Of a DNA stretch of 64,000 nt, positions 36,300 through 48,157 are shown one piece after another (position 1 is the stretch's first letter; the number at the start of each line of letters is the position of its first letter). The stretch is from Ptychodera flava (taxonomy: Eukaryota): positions 2,580,078 to 2,644,077 of the forward strand of contig NW_027248355.1 of the NCBI RefSeq assembly GCF_041260155.1, in the 5' to 3' direction. Below the pieces are notes generated by a model. The model made no database searches, had not been told where the DNA came from, and was given only the letters and a program-made list of their open reading frames with translations. Position numbers and translations under genes: made by a program.

Positions 36300-39053
36300 G
36301 ATTTGATTTTCTGTAACAACACAAACATTAAAGCCACATGTGTAGATCCAATTGTATCTTCTGTACGCAAGCCATCCTTTGTGAACTTTCCATCGACTCT
36401 CCTGCAAAGAAACTATTCACACCCGGCCGTGTGGTATACAAAAATTATCACAAGGCCGATTTCATTCATATGAAAGGCTTATTTCCTCATTGTCATGGTC
36501 AATGTTAGATAACTGCTCCACACTTGACGAGCCAGTTGACCTCTTTTTACGATTTGTTGCTTTCCATCATTGATGATTTCGCTCCAAAGCTGAACACCTG
36601 CAAACGTTAATTTCCACTTTGATTCGATGCTGACGTTATTTTCATCTTAAAAGAAAAAGACGCGGTTTACAGAAAATTCAAAAGATACCAGGCTACTCAT
36701 CGTGAATTTTCTGCTGATGTGCAGCATGCTAATTAGGTGATCTCTGATTGGTCCATTGTCACTATTCACAGCGACTTAGGGAGTCTATTTGTGTTTTTTT
36801 AATTATATTGGTAAAATTCAGCTACCCAATTGGATAACAGCTTCTTCGATGCTGCACATTAGCCCTGGATTTTCAGTTACAAATTATAGACCCTTTTTTC
36901 GCCTTCCACTAATAAGTAAATTGTTCGAAAAGATTATGAATCTAAAACTTTATGGTCATGTTAAAGGCATGGTTCAAGCGTCTGATTGTCTTGCCAGGAA
37001 ATTTACTTACTAGATTACAATTTCAATGGAAAGCAAAAGGGTATGACACCTTCATAATCCTTATACCGACTAGAACACACTCAATCCCTAGGATCGGGTC
37101 CCCTTCCTTTAAGCAAGGCCTGTGTGACTCCCACCATGGGTTCATGAAAAACAGATCAACACAAACTAACCTTGTTTGCCATTCCTATTTTATTGCCAGG
37201 GTATTAAAGGCATGGTTCAGGCGTCAGATTGTCTTGCCAGGAAATTTACTTACTAGATTCCAATTTCAATGGAAAAGAAAAGGCTATGGCACCTTCATAA
37301 TCCTCTTACAGACTAGAACAAACTCGATCCCTTGAATCGATTCCTCCACCTTTAAATACTGTAACGCCCCTCCCTGTAGAGATTATATCTTGAAGCGTCC
37401 CTCACGTGGCCAAGGCGTGTAAAGGTTATTGACTCAGATCGTACGAGAAGCAGATAAGAGATAGTGTGATAATTATTGGTTAAGATTTCAATGAGAACAA
37501 TCGAGAATGGGATATTCCATGGTGTGATCTTATTTAATCTTAAGAAACAATCAAAGACTGGCGGGAAAATTACCACGTGATAACTTTTGTAATTATGTAA
37601 GTTTGAAGATGTATTTAACTTTGTAGAGAGTTTAGACTAAGACTTGGGATCAGACCGTTGACAGTGAACGACACGGTCGCCATCTTGCAATAAAGTACGA
37701 GGTTGTGTTACAATCTACATCGTTGTGCTTCAGTTACTGAAAGCATTACGATCCAGACTGGTACCTCTCAACTCGTAATTCCCCTAACTACGAGCGCAAC
37801 AATACTAGGGGCCAGGTTGATGCTTTTTATACGGATTTTAGCAAATCTTTTGATAAAGTCGGATATAAGCTTCTGATTTATAAATTGAAACTTTACGGTG
37901 TGAGTGGCACAGTTTTGAAGTGGTTTAACTCTTAGTTAACCAATAGATTTCAACGGGTTCTTGTGGATGGATGTTCGTCGTCATGGAGCCCGGTAACTTC
38001 TGGTGTTCCCCAGGGGTCACTACTAGGTCCCTTGCTCTTTGTGATTTCTATGAATGAGATGGATTCTGTGTGTAGACATTCTTTGTGCTCTATGTATACT
38101 GATGATGTCAAAATGTACAAAATAATTAATTCAAGAGATGACTGCATGTGTTACAAGAGGATATTACACGACTAAATGAGTGGTGTTTCACGTGGAAAAA
38201 AACTTTAAATAACACAAAATGTTCAATCATCTCGTTTACTAGAAAGAAAAACTCTATTACCTTTCACTACTCATTAAATAATACCCACCTAGGAAGAGTT
38301 GATAAAATTAATGATCTGAGGTAATCTTTTCTTGCGATTTGAGTTTTTCTGCGCGTGTGTCGTTTATTATTAGTAACGAGTTTCGCATGCTTAGTCTTAT
38401 AAAGCGGAGTTGTAATACTTTTTCCAACATCAACTCCCTCAATTCACTGTACATAACTTATATAAGAAGTATTTTAGAATATGCATCAGTAGTGTGGTCA
38501 CCTTGGCAAAAACAACAACAGGACAAAATAGAGAAAAATGCAATTGAAATTTATCTAATTCCTGTTTCAAAACAAAACATTCTTACAACCGTAATAATTA
38601 TGAAGAATTGTGCCAGAGTTTTAGCCTTTCCCCTCTTTATCATCGGAGGCAATTTTAGATACTTTATTTTTATACAAATGTATCAATAACATGTATGATT
38701 GTCCCCAAATTATTTGTCGTATTAATTTTAATGTTCCCCACAGAACTACAAGAACTGTTTGTAGCCAGTAAACTCAATGTTTTTAAATACTCAGCTCTTC
38801 AAAGATGTTTGGCTACTTTAAATGAATTGTACATTTCCCATCCTGCCATTGGTATCAGTTCATCTTATCGAAGTTTCAGACGCCTTGTCAGAATGCCAGT
38901 CTCAACAGTGTATATGTTTTTAATGGTTTTGTACATTTTGTTGTCCGCGTGTTGCTTATCGTTTTCGTTTTATTGTACTTTATGCATTTTTTAATTTACA
39001 TTTTGTGGAGCCTGTAGATGGGACTTGTTCCTGTTGGTCTCCCTTGAAATAGA

Positions 39054-39124
<71 letters not shown>
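36300..39124 (+). mobile_element. 5'-truncated, degenerate CR1/L2-type non-LTR retrotransposon (LINE) RT region with a (TAAA)n 3' tail
   Basis: In order there is an EN-RT linker (..KADFIHMKGLF..W..), then RT motifs NYRPFFRLPLISKLFEKIM, HHGFMKNRSTQTNLV and SGVPQGSLLGPLLFVISMNE..YTDDVK, then the thumb LQEDITRLNEWCFTWKKTLNNTKC and a C-terminal ..YITYIRSILEYASVVWSP. Frameshifts and stops are present. It ends in the (TAAA)n run at 39055-39124. Confidence 0.75.
36952..37340 (+). repeat. Two copies (36952-37095 and 37197-37340) of a ~140 bp unit embedded in the LINE RT
   Basis: Shared ~90% identical string aaaggcatggttcaRgcgtc.gattgtcttgccaggaaatttacttactagatt.caatttcaatggaaa. The copies are separated by LINE coding sequence. 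Confidence 0.6.
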
Positions 39125-42100
39125 GTGGTTTGGAGGTCTAAACTCTCATTGCAATCGGCTTGTTTTGTTGTTGCAATAATCTCGCCTTTAAGTGGGATAA
39201 GGTATCATTTCGTTACTCGGTCTGTAGCCAAGACAATACGTTATAACATGTCACTTGCAAGTTATCAAGAGTTGGTCACGAATTAGAATGCGCATCGGAG
39301 ACAGAATTAATCCTAAACTTTTACAATACTGTTTTGGTCTACCACTTGTGAAGAATCATTTTGACGCTCATGTATGGAGTCAATACAGTTTTCACGCTCG
39401 TATTAAATTTTGAAATTCAATAGTTGTTTTACCCTTCATTGCGAAAATATAGCATAGGAGAAAAACTGGCAACGTTTAGCTTCTCGGAAGGCTGTATCTT
39501 ATTGGTTGATCATAATTATTGGCAACAACTCAAGATTTTTGGAACTACTATTGTTCTCTACCAACTTGGCAGTAACACGATTCGGTGACGAGTTGATGAC
39601 CATTATGGTTAAAGGTACTCCATTTCGATGACTTAGTCACAACTTGTCATCTACGTGGATTTTCACATAACCCATAGAGGGCATCCGTCTGCAACCGTAT
39701 CCAGGGGTATATTGCACCATTGAGAGAAGGCATAACCTCTGAACAAGTAGTACGAGCTGCTGTTAAACAGGTTTGTGTAGTAGTGCAACTATCGACTCCC
39801 TTTCATCAATATTCAAGAAGTGGTATAGCCACAGGATGACGATATAAAACGTAATTGAGTACATATAGAAATAACGTTAAATGATACGATCTGAAAGGAG
39901 GGAGTTTTATTTATTTATTTATTCATTTTGGCCTACTTATTTATTATTTATTTTTGTTTATTTATTTATTTACAATGAAGGATTGCTTATTACAATCACA
40001 AGTCGGGTCAAATGACCCGATAAGGCTTTAATCGTCAAAGCGGTCCTCTAAACAATAAGAGAAATAATATAAAAGTAAATTGTACAAATTTGTATGATCT
40101 ATAAATATTACAACTGTGACGTTTACAATTACACTTAAGCGTCAATAACAGTTTTCAAATGGCTTTTAAAAGATTGAGATTAGGGCTACGTTTTATAATG
40201 TCCGGTAACGTTCTCTGCCAACTTGCAGTACGAAACTTCCAAAGACGCAAGTCCAATGCTAAGGCTGCACGCGTGTTATAATCACGAACATTTCTAAGTG
40301 GAAGTAGAGCTACGTTCATGGAACATTTGTCTGTTCAAAGGCAGGTAAAGTAAAGTATATCTTGCTTGACAGCTTGAAATTTGCTAGCACTTTCCTCAAT
40401 CAAAATTTCCAACCATTCTCTTTCAAGATCTAGAATAAAAAACCAGGGGTCATCGTACAAATTTTGGTACCGGAGAAAAAAACAACCAAATCTTTGCTGT
40501 ATTTGAAATTCAAAATGGCCGAAATTCCTGTGTTATCTGTCTTGGGGAAATAAAATTTATGAAATTCACAAAACTAAGTTAGTGAAAAGTTTATTCACTC
40601 CATCAAAATGAGTTAAATCCAGGTGGTAGACCAAAACAATATTGTAAAATCTTGAGTGTCAGAGTATCTGTTTTCGAGGAGCATTCAAACTTAAAAGGCC
40701 TGAGAGGCATCAGTACGACGTTCGCCTGCAAGCATGAATAAGGGAGCTAGGAGTACTGTCAGTCTTGAATATTTTCAAAGGCAGGGAGACAAAACTAGTA
40801 CAGGAAGACATTATGATCAATTGAACTCGTGTATCCTTTATTGTGCCACCAAAGCTTAAATTTACATAAAAATGCCAACATCGAATACTGAAGTAAAAAC
40901 GTTGAGAAAGTGAGTCTTTATTAGAAAAAAATTAACTTCTGAATTTTAACGTCTTTAACGACTCTCATGTAATTTCATTACCGTTCATGAGTATTTAAGC
41001 CTCCTTATACATACTGAATTCCTCTTCAAGTGATAATTCTATGTGATAAAGCGATGAAGTGTTTTATCAGATAGTTGTGTTTGCATACATAGTGTAGAGT
41101 GGTGTAAATTTGGTTACGTAAGCAGGTTGATATAAAATGTTATTAATATAAGATTTTATAAATGTTTATTAATATTTATACAAATGCTTAAAACACAACC
41201 AAACGAACGATCGCTTCTATATAAATATTCCATACACTGCCTCAGATCATACAACTTGTGATGAATGTCAAGACATATTTAACCCTGACTTATAAAAGAA
41301 GTGCATTGACAAAGACTTATTGACTTACTCTCTTAAAGGGATAAAGTTGTCTTTTTGCTGATTTTCATATCAAGAAAGCATGGAATACTTGCATTATGTC
41401 ACTGTTTACAAGATGACGGTAACACATAACTGCAAAAGTGTCTAAAATCAACCCGTTGCTGAATGTACAACGAATGATTTCGTTTATGAAATGTACACAA
41501 AATGGATTTTTCTTTTTACTATCCTACGAAAATTAAAAAAAATATTCTACACTGTTAGGGATAGCTGCTATCCTTACGTATATGAAAGGCACCGCTGCTT
41601 AAGATTCAATCAGAAAACCTCGCAAAGGTCCAAACTGTATGTAACAATGTATGTTTAGCCATGCATGGTGTACGCTTCGATTTTCGAACTTCATAGATGG
41701 AGCAGATCGGTGAGTTTTTAGCATAATGTTTAATATTGTTTAGCTGCAAGAGCAGTTAAGGTTGTTCAAAGTTACCAGTATTTCAACACGTTTCAGGAAG
41801 TAATACAACACAAATTACTTTTATAATCAAGCAAAATTTTCGAAACAAGTCATTGACAATGACATAGTCCCCCCCATTGTAATTGGGAATTTGTCACTGG
41901 AAGTGACTAAAAATGGAAGCCGATGTGATGCACATGAAACAAGGAATGCGGGTACTAAAGCCCTGTCTGAGACTGATGCCCTTACTGGATTGGATTGTAA
42001 ACAAGTAGTGGCATAGGGTTATGTCCTTTTACCAAGTTTGACAGAATTCGGTATGTCATGCCCTGGCTTTTCAAATGTCAAAATTCAAATTATATGCAAG

Positions 42101-42439
42101 AAACTGGTCCAGGCTTGTCTGAGTAATGGCTCTCGACATAAAAAAGTCAGAACGCCAGATGTGAACAAAAAATGTCCTCATGTTCACTACAGAAGAGACT
42201 TCCTATAATTAGCTATTGATACTGCTAAAATTGAAACGTCTTTCTTGACTGGTAAATCTTTGTATAATCAACATCTGCAGCAAGTGTCATCAGATTTAGT
42301 GCAGTCATTCAGAATATAGATCTCTCATTACAAACACTGTTTCTCTATTCAGTCAATCTGGGCTGCTACCCTAATCACAAAGGTCATTAAATAAGTCAAC
42401 CAATAATTTACCAACAGGATGTCAGTTTTCAGTTTTACA

Positions 42440-43530
42440 CTACTGGAAGATCAATATCTGTACCATGTTTCATATAATTTGATACTGGAATTCTGGACGT
42501 ATCACACTTACATAGTAAGGAAAAGTCATTCAATATGCAAATAAGAAATTAATTAACATGATACTGATAAACGTCCTTATACACAGTTAAAGCAAGATGA
42601 GCTCAACATCTATACCAAGTTTCAACAAATCTGAAGTATTACTTGACGTATCAACCTAATTATGACTATTCATTAAATTTGCAAATACGCAATTAATTGA
42701 CATGATATGATTAATGTCTTTGCATGCTACTACCACACTTTGAGAGCAACATCTGTACCGAGTTTCATGAAATTTGGTGCAATATTTCTGGACATAGCAC
42801 ACTAATTAGGAAAGTTCATTAAATTCATAAATTAGCAATTAATTGACAAGATACTGCTGAATGTCTTTGTTCGCTAATACAACACTTTGAGATCAACATC
42901 TAAACCAAGTTTCTTCAAATTTGCAGTCGTATTACTAGACATATTTCCTTCATAAAAATATGCAAATTAGCAATTAAATGACATGATCCTGCAAGTTGTC
43001 TGTGCATACCGTTATAGCTCTGGTATATCAGCATCTGTACCATATTTCATCAAATTTGAGTGGGTATTTCTTGACATAGCACCCTAATTACAAAAATTCA
43101 TCAATATGCAAATTAGCTGTTAATTGACATGATCCTGCCAGATGCCTTTGCACAAAGCTTCAGCTCTTGTACGTATACATCTGTAAGAAGTTTCATTAAA
43201 TTTGAGTCAGCATTTATCGAAATATTAGTTGAATTACGAAAATCCATAATTTATGCAAATTAGCAAATTTGAAGATCACAAACACAATACTGACAAATGT
43301 CCGTATGTGCTGTTAGAGCTGTGTGAGACCAACATGTGTACAAAATTTCATCAAACTTGGTGCAGTCTCTTAAGAAACAGAGCTCGTTTTCAAAAATCAC
43401 TATTTATGCAAATAAGCGCTAATTATTGGTGCCACACTCCAAAACAATTGACTTGCATATGTATGCCAGAGTGCATCGTCCTTGTACCTAGTTTGAAAGG
43501 AATTGCTCAGACATGTCCGAGATATCTGCA
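42440..43530 (+). repeat. Tandem satellite, ~146 bp period and about 8 units (core ..catctgtacc.agtttcatcaaatttg..gcaaattagcaattaattgacatgatactg..); diverged monomers are scattered at 44440, 48460, 48840 and 48960
   Basis: Periodic recurrence of the catctNtacc.agtttcat.aaatttg motif about every 145-150 bp. The array terminates in (GACG)n at 43531-43565 and a hairpin ccctggacttcgtccgggg followed by an A-run. Confidence 0.7.
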
Positions 43531-45200
43531 TGGACGGACGGACGGACCGACGGACGGACGGACAGAACCCAAACCATAAGTTCCCCTGGACTTCGTCCGG
43601 GGGGACTAAAAAAAGTTACAACAAGAACGACTTTGCCCTTTAGGGGTGGATCATGTGATATCGGGGTTTTGGAAGATTTTCGGGCAAAAATCCCAGCAAA
43701 TATCAATAAAAAACATGCAGCCAGGAATGTCTTGGCAAAAAAAGGTGGGATAGTGGGAAAAATATTACGTACAAGGATCAGGTACAAAAATAATGCTACC
43801 TCATGAATCTCCCGAACCCCAGAATATCAAACGGTCCATCCCTTAAATTTGCGGCAGAGTCAGTGATATTTTGAACTACGTATTAATAAAATTCTGTCAT
43901 TTGCTTTTGAGCTACAAAATTAGAGGATTGCAGAGGATTGTATCTACAATAAAAAAATTAAAAATCGCACCAATTTCATCCTCATTAACCATGTATTGCC
44001 ATATTTCAAAGTCACCAGGAGGATTTCGCCAAAAAATTGAAATAACCTGTATCGAAATACACAATTGCATATTTCGTCACAGATGTAACAAATCTGACTG
44101 ACACTAATAACCTTAAGTAATTGTTAAGAAAATTTCGAAGCAAACTGACAAGCGGGATTCTGGGAAGGATATTCTTTTTTTGGGGAAAAAAAGAATATTA
44201 CTGTTAGCCACAAATTGAACAAATTTCACTAACATCATCCCTCGGAACCTACATAAAAAGTTTCCACACATTCGGAAGATGAACGCGTACGATTTCCGAC
44301 AAAAAGTCCAAAAAAGCCTACCCGATGAGCTCCGTGTCTCTGACGAAGCTAAAATAAGTACAAAATGAGGCGAATTTACAAAACCAGTCATGGTTTGGTA
44401 CAAATGAACTGACATGCCTAGGCTGACGCAAACACATTATCCTTATGCCAAGTTTGAATGAAATCGGTCAAGGACACACGAGTACCTTTTGCATTGGATG
44501 GACGGGTCTGGATATGACACAATCTGCAAGACTGGCTTTGCGGGGGTATCAAATTTCAGTCACCTGCATAATTTAAGCACCAGGAACAACACATGACAGA
44601 TATTTAAGCTTGGCCACTTTCCGTAAGTTAAAGGCCCGATAGCTTTATCTTTTAGCATTATTTTTTAGTGATTTTACTTCCAAACTAAAACAAGTTCATG
44701 GGAATGTACTCATTTAGGGGTGTTTATACAGGTAGAATAAACTGTCCACTGGGCAACATGTGCAATTTTGAGCAAGATAAATATAAATGTTTGCCAAAAC
44801 ATAAAATGGCGCCCTCATGCAGACAAAGCAAAAACACAGTGGGCAGTGCATATATGCATTGGAATCTTCACAGAAACAACAGAGTAGTCCATCATAATGC
44901 ATAGTGCTGAATGTTTCCACTTAGACACCATATGCTATGTTTTCATTGTAATATAACCAATTTTAAAAAAATGGCGGGAAATCAAAATAACGGTTAAAAT
45001 TTAAATTTACTCGTCCAATTTTCCAGTGGTAAAAGACTATATCCTTTAAATCTGTAGAATTTAAAGAAAACCAGAGAAAATAGAAAGCCTTTTTCAGGTC
45101 GACAATTTCAAGAGTTACAGCTACAGGGGCTTTAACTTTTAACAAAACATAATTGTCAACTTTCACCAAGACAAGACAGTGAAATGTAGTACTAGTACAT

Positions 45201-45500
45201 TTACTCTACAAGTGCGAGAATAAGTCCATACAAACAGAATATTAGCAAAGTGAAGGGCCGAACATGTGTCCCCGACGCGCATTCTAACTTGACGACCTCA
45301 TGTCCTGATGTCTGGTAAAGATAGTCCAGCAAGAAAACTGATATCATATTATTATCGGGGAAATCAGAGTCCAGACTTAAAATTCCTCCAGACTTGGCCA
45401 ATCTGTAGTGGATCATTTTCAAAGCCTTGGGAACTTTCTCCACATCTCGGAACTTGCGGTAGTTTCCATATGTAAGGTGTTTATCTGAAATACGTCAAAA
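45201..45500 (-). CDS. Candidate internal coding exon of an unknown protein (..DKHLTYGNYRKFRDVEKVPKALKMIHYRLAKSGGILSLDSDFPDNNMISVFLLDYLYQTSGHEVVKLE..), preceded by the acceptor cgtatttcag|
   Basis: Open frame of about 100 codons with an acceptor-like site at ~45492. I cannot assign a homolog. Confidence 0.2.
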
Positions 45501-45607
45501 TTTGGATGTGAGTGTCGTATGATTAAAGGGCCTCGGTAAAATTACAACTTTCGGAGAAACACACACACACACTAATACATGTCTACCACATATATTGGGC
45601 AATTAAT

Positions 45608-45683
<76 letters not shown>

Positions 45684-46197
45684 GATATTTTGAATGGTTT
45701 GACCTTAGATTTCAATACATTTCAAGTACTAGACATAATTTGATAATCTGTGCTAGCATATGCCTCGCTTCGGAAAGTTTGGACATTATTTAAATAGTAT
45801 TTTTTTTTTCACGTATCTAACAATTCATTGTCCGAGGATTAAAATATTGCATGAAACTTAAGAGGCGGATATTGTTACGTTTACTCGTCAAACAGACACA
45901 TCCCATGCATAGTTGAATGGATTAAAACGGATTACAAAGTAGTTGAGATAATGTAAGAGAAGATTGGTCGCTTCTGAGTCAGATTTGGGTAAGGTATTGA
46001 TAGTTGTATTGAGATACCTAGAGAGTCATTGTTTAATAAGGCAAACATCATTACACGTAACGATATGTCGCAAAGAAATCACGATCAAGAAATAAGTAAT
46101 AAAGTTAATTTACATTTTTACAGTCGGCGTCATATTCAAGCAGTAATGTTAAAGCAGAATGTTATTTGGATCGAACAAACTTAAGATTTTATGATCA

Positions 46198-46659
46198 AAA
46201 TGTACCTTTTGGCGGGAATGTAGTCCTGGGTTGTATCAGTCGCAATTTCCTCTTCGTAACAACGTCAGAAACCACTTTGTTGACACCGGGCGGAAGAATA
46301 TAGCGAGCTTGGAGACCAATGTCAGACAATCTCCTCTCGGCGCTGACGATTGACAGTCTTATGGCATTTGAGTACTGTAATTCCCAGTGATCAGAGGACA
46401 TCGGTCCGTCACATCGAATTCCAATTTCATACTTTGTACTCCACTCTTTAACTAGATCCGGGTGTTCTTCTGCAAAGTCGCCGTAGACAAACAAGGTCAA
46501 GGGCACATCAATGGGGTATGCTTCTATTGTAGTGATTAGGTTTCGCGCTCTTTTAGCATTCATTCCGACTTCTATGACAACTGATACGGTGGTTATATCA
46601 TCACCTCTCCCACAACTGTCCAGCGTCTGTCGTTCTGAACCTGGAGTGTCAGCTAGAAT
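46198..46659 (-). CDS. Candidate terminal coding exon; begins ILADTPGSERQ.. (a DTPG, GTPase G3-like motif) and continues ...LTLFVYGDFAEEHPDLVKEW...
   Basis: 153 codons open from the acceptor ttttaatag| at 46660 to the stop at 46195-46197. The DTPG motif followed ~45 aa later by hydrophobic-FxYGD resembles AIG1/GIMAP-type GTPase exons, but no P-loop exon was found upstream. Confidence 0.25.
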
Positions 46660-46933
46660 CTATTAAAACACAAAAGGCAGGGCGTAGGACTTAATCTACT
46701 GTAGATTAAAATGCAATAACTGTAAATTCTCAATGTATTACTTTAATGGGCAGCACTACCTTCATATTTTTCAAGAGTTGGAAACTGAGGTCTTATTATC
46801 GTTTTTGTACTATCTGACAGAGGTGTGTTTTTAATGGCTGCTTGTAATTTCCCTTAACTAGTGAGAGTAATGTAGCATTCCCATAACATGGCTGTCAATA
46901 GAAAGTTCGTAAAAGTTGTAAAGATATCCGTGT

Positions 46934-47009
<76 letters not shown>

Positions 47010-47359
47010 TATATAAAACACTGGTATTCATTCATTAATAATGCTCTGAAGTTTATCGTTGTCGGAAGCTGCTCTGTGGTAACGACGTGCTTATGGTGGC
47101 GCTGTTTACACAGCGGTTTGAATTTAATAATGACTGATGTTTTGAAAGTCGATGTGTCAGGACCTTACAGGCATGCACAACCACTGCCGCAGGTTGAATC
47201 ACTAAAGAAGGTTAGCCATGTTGATATGCAGCGCGGTTAGCAGGCCAACAAATGAAATACGATGAAATCCAACCAAATGGCAACATCTATTGAGATTAAT
47301 GCATATAATGCATGCATGTAATGCATACATAAATCTCTAAATCTGCATTCATTATTTAA

Positions 47360-47500
47360 GCAATAAAGCACACCCAGCGATGGTATACCACGAGATTTTG
47401 ACCAGTTCACGACATATATGCACGAGCGATAGCGATTGCATATATGAAGTGAACTGGTCAAAATCGAGTGGTATACCGTCGCTGGGTGTGATTTATTGCT
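47360..47500. repeat. Long, near-perfect nested palindrome (foldback): ~55-bp arms (gcaataaagcacacccagcgatggtataccacgagattttgaccagttcac / gtgaactggtcaaaatcgagtggtataccgtcgctgggtgtgatttattgc) around a 38-bp loop that is itself palindromic (catatatgca...tgcatatatg)
   Basis: Read directly off both strands. Related ggtatacc / ccatggtatat..atataccatgg palindromes also occur at 47590-47620. Confidence 0.8.
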
Positions 47501-48011
47501 ATTATATCATAACAGTATATTGAAATTCTGGCGTGGAACGTCAAAAACGGACTTTTACTCAAGCTGAGAGCTCGCGCGCATGCCTGCCATGGTATATCGC
47601 CAATATACCATGGTTGTTATCGCGTCTCGACCAATCAGATCGCAGCATTACCGCCATCAATATACTGGTATGATATAATTTTCGATATAGGCTGGTATTG
47701 CCTAACACTGGCATAATAGTACAGCCAAACTGTTCGTATACTTTCAATTTGAGAACTATGTTGATATGATGCAATACTTCGAAAGGCAAGAACGTCAACT
47801 TCTTACTGTTGGTGAGTTAACTTCGTCAAAGTCTTCGAAAGTTTTTGTCTCTGCTGCCCACGTGATAATATTTGTTAGTTCCTTCTCTACTGCATCAGTG
47901 ATTCTTTTCTTTTCTTCTTCTGTTTCGCCTGTTGGTTGCTTCGGGTGATATTCCCCATAAAACCTTGAAGAAGACGAAGATGTGAACATAATAACATCAT
48001 CGAAAGAAATT

Positions 48012-48012
<1 letters not shown>

Positions 48013-48072
<60 letters not shown>

Positions 48073-48115
48073 AAGAAGTAGTAGATGTAGTAGGTGTTGT
48101 TGTTGTTGTTGTTGT

Positions 48116-48149
<34 letters not shown>

Positions 48150-48157
48150 AGTAACAA
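48013..48157. repeat. (GTA)n followed by (GTT)n microsatellites
   Basis: Visible runs; they are the source of the poly-V, poly-T and poly-Q ORFs in the track. Confidence 0.95.
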
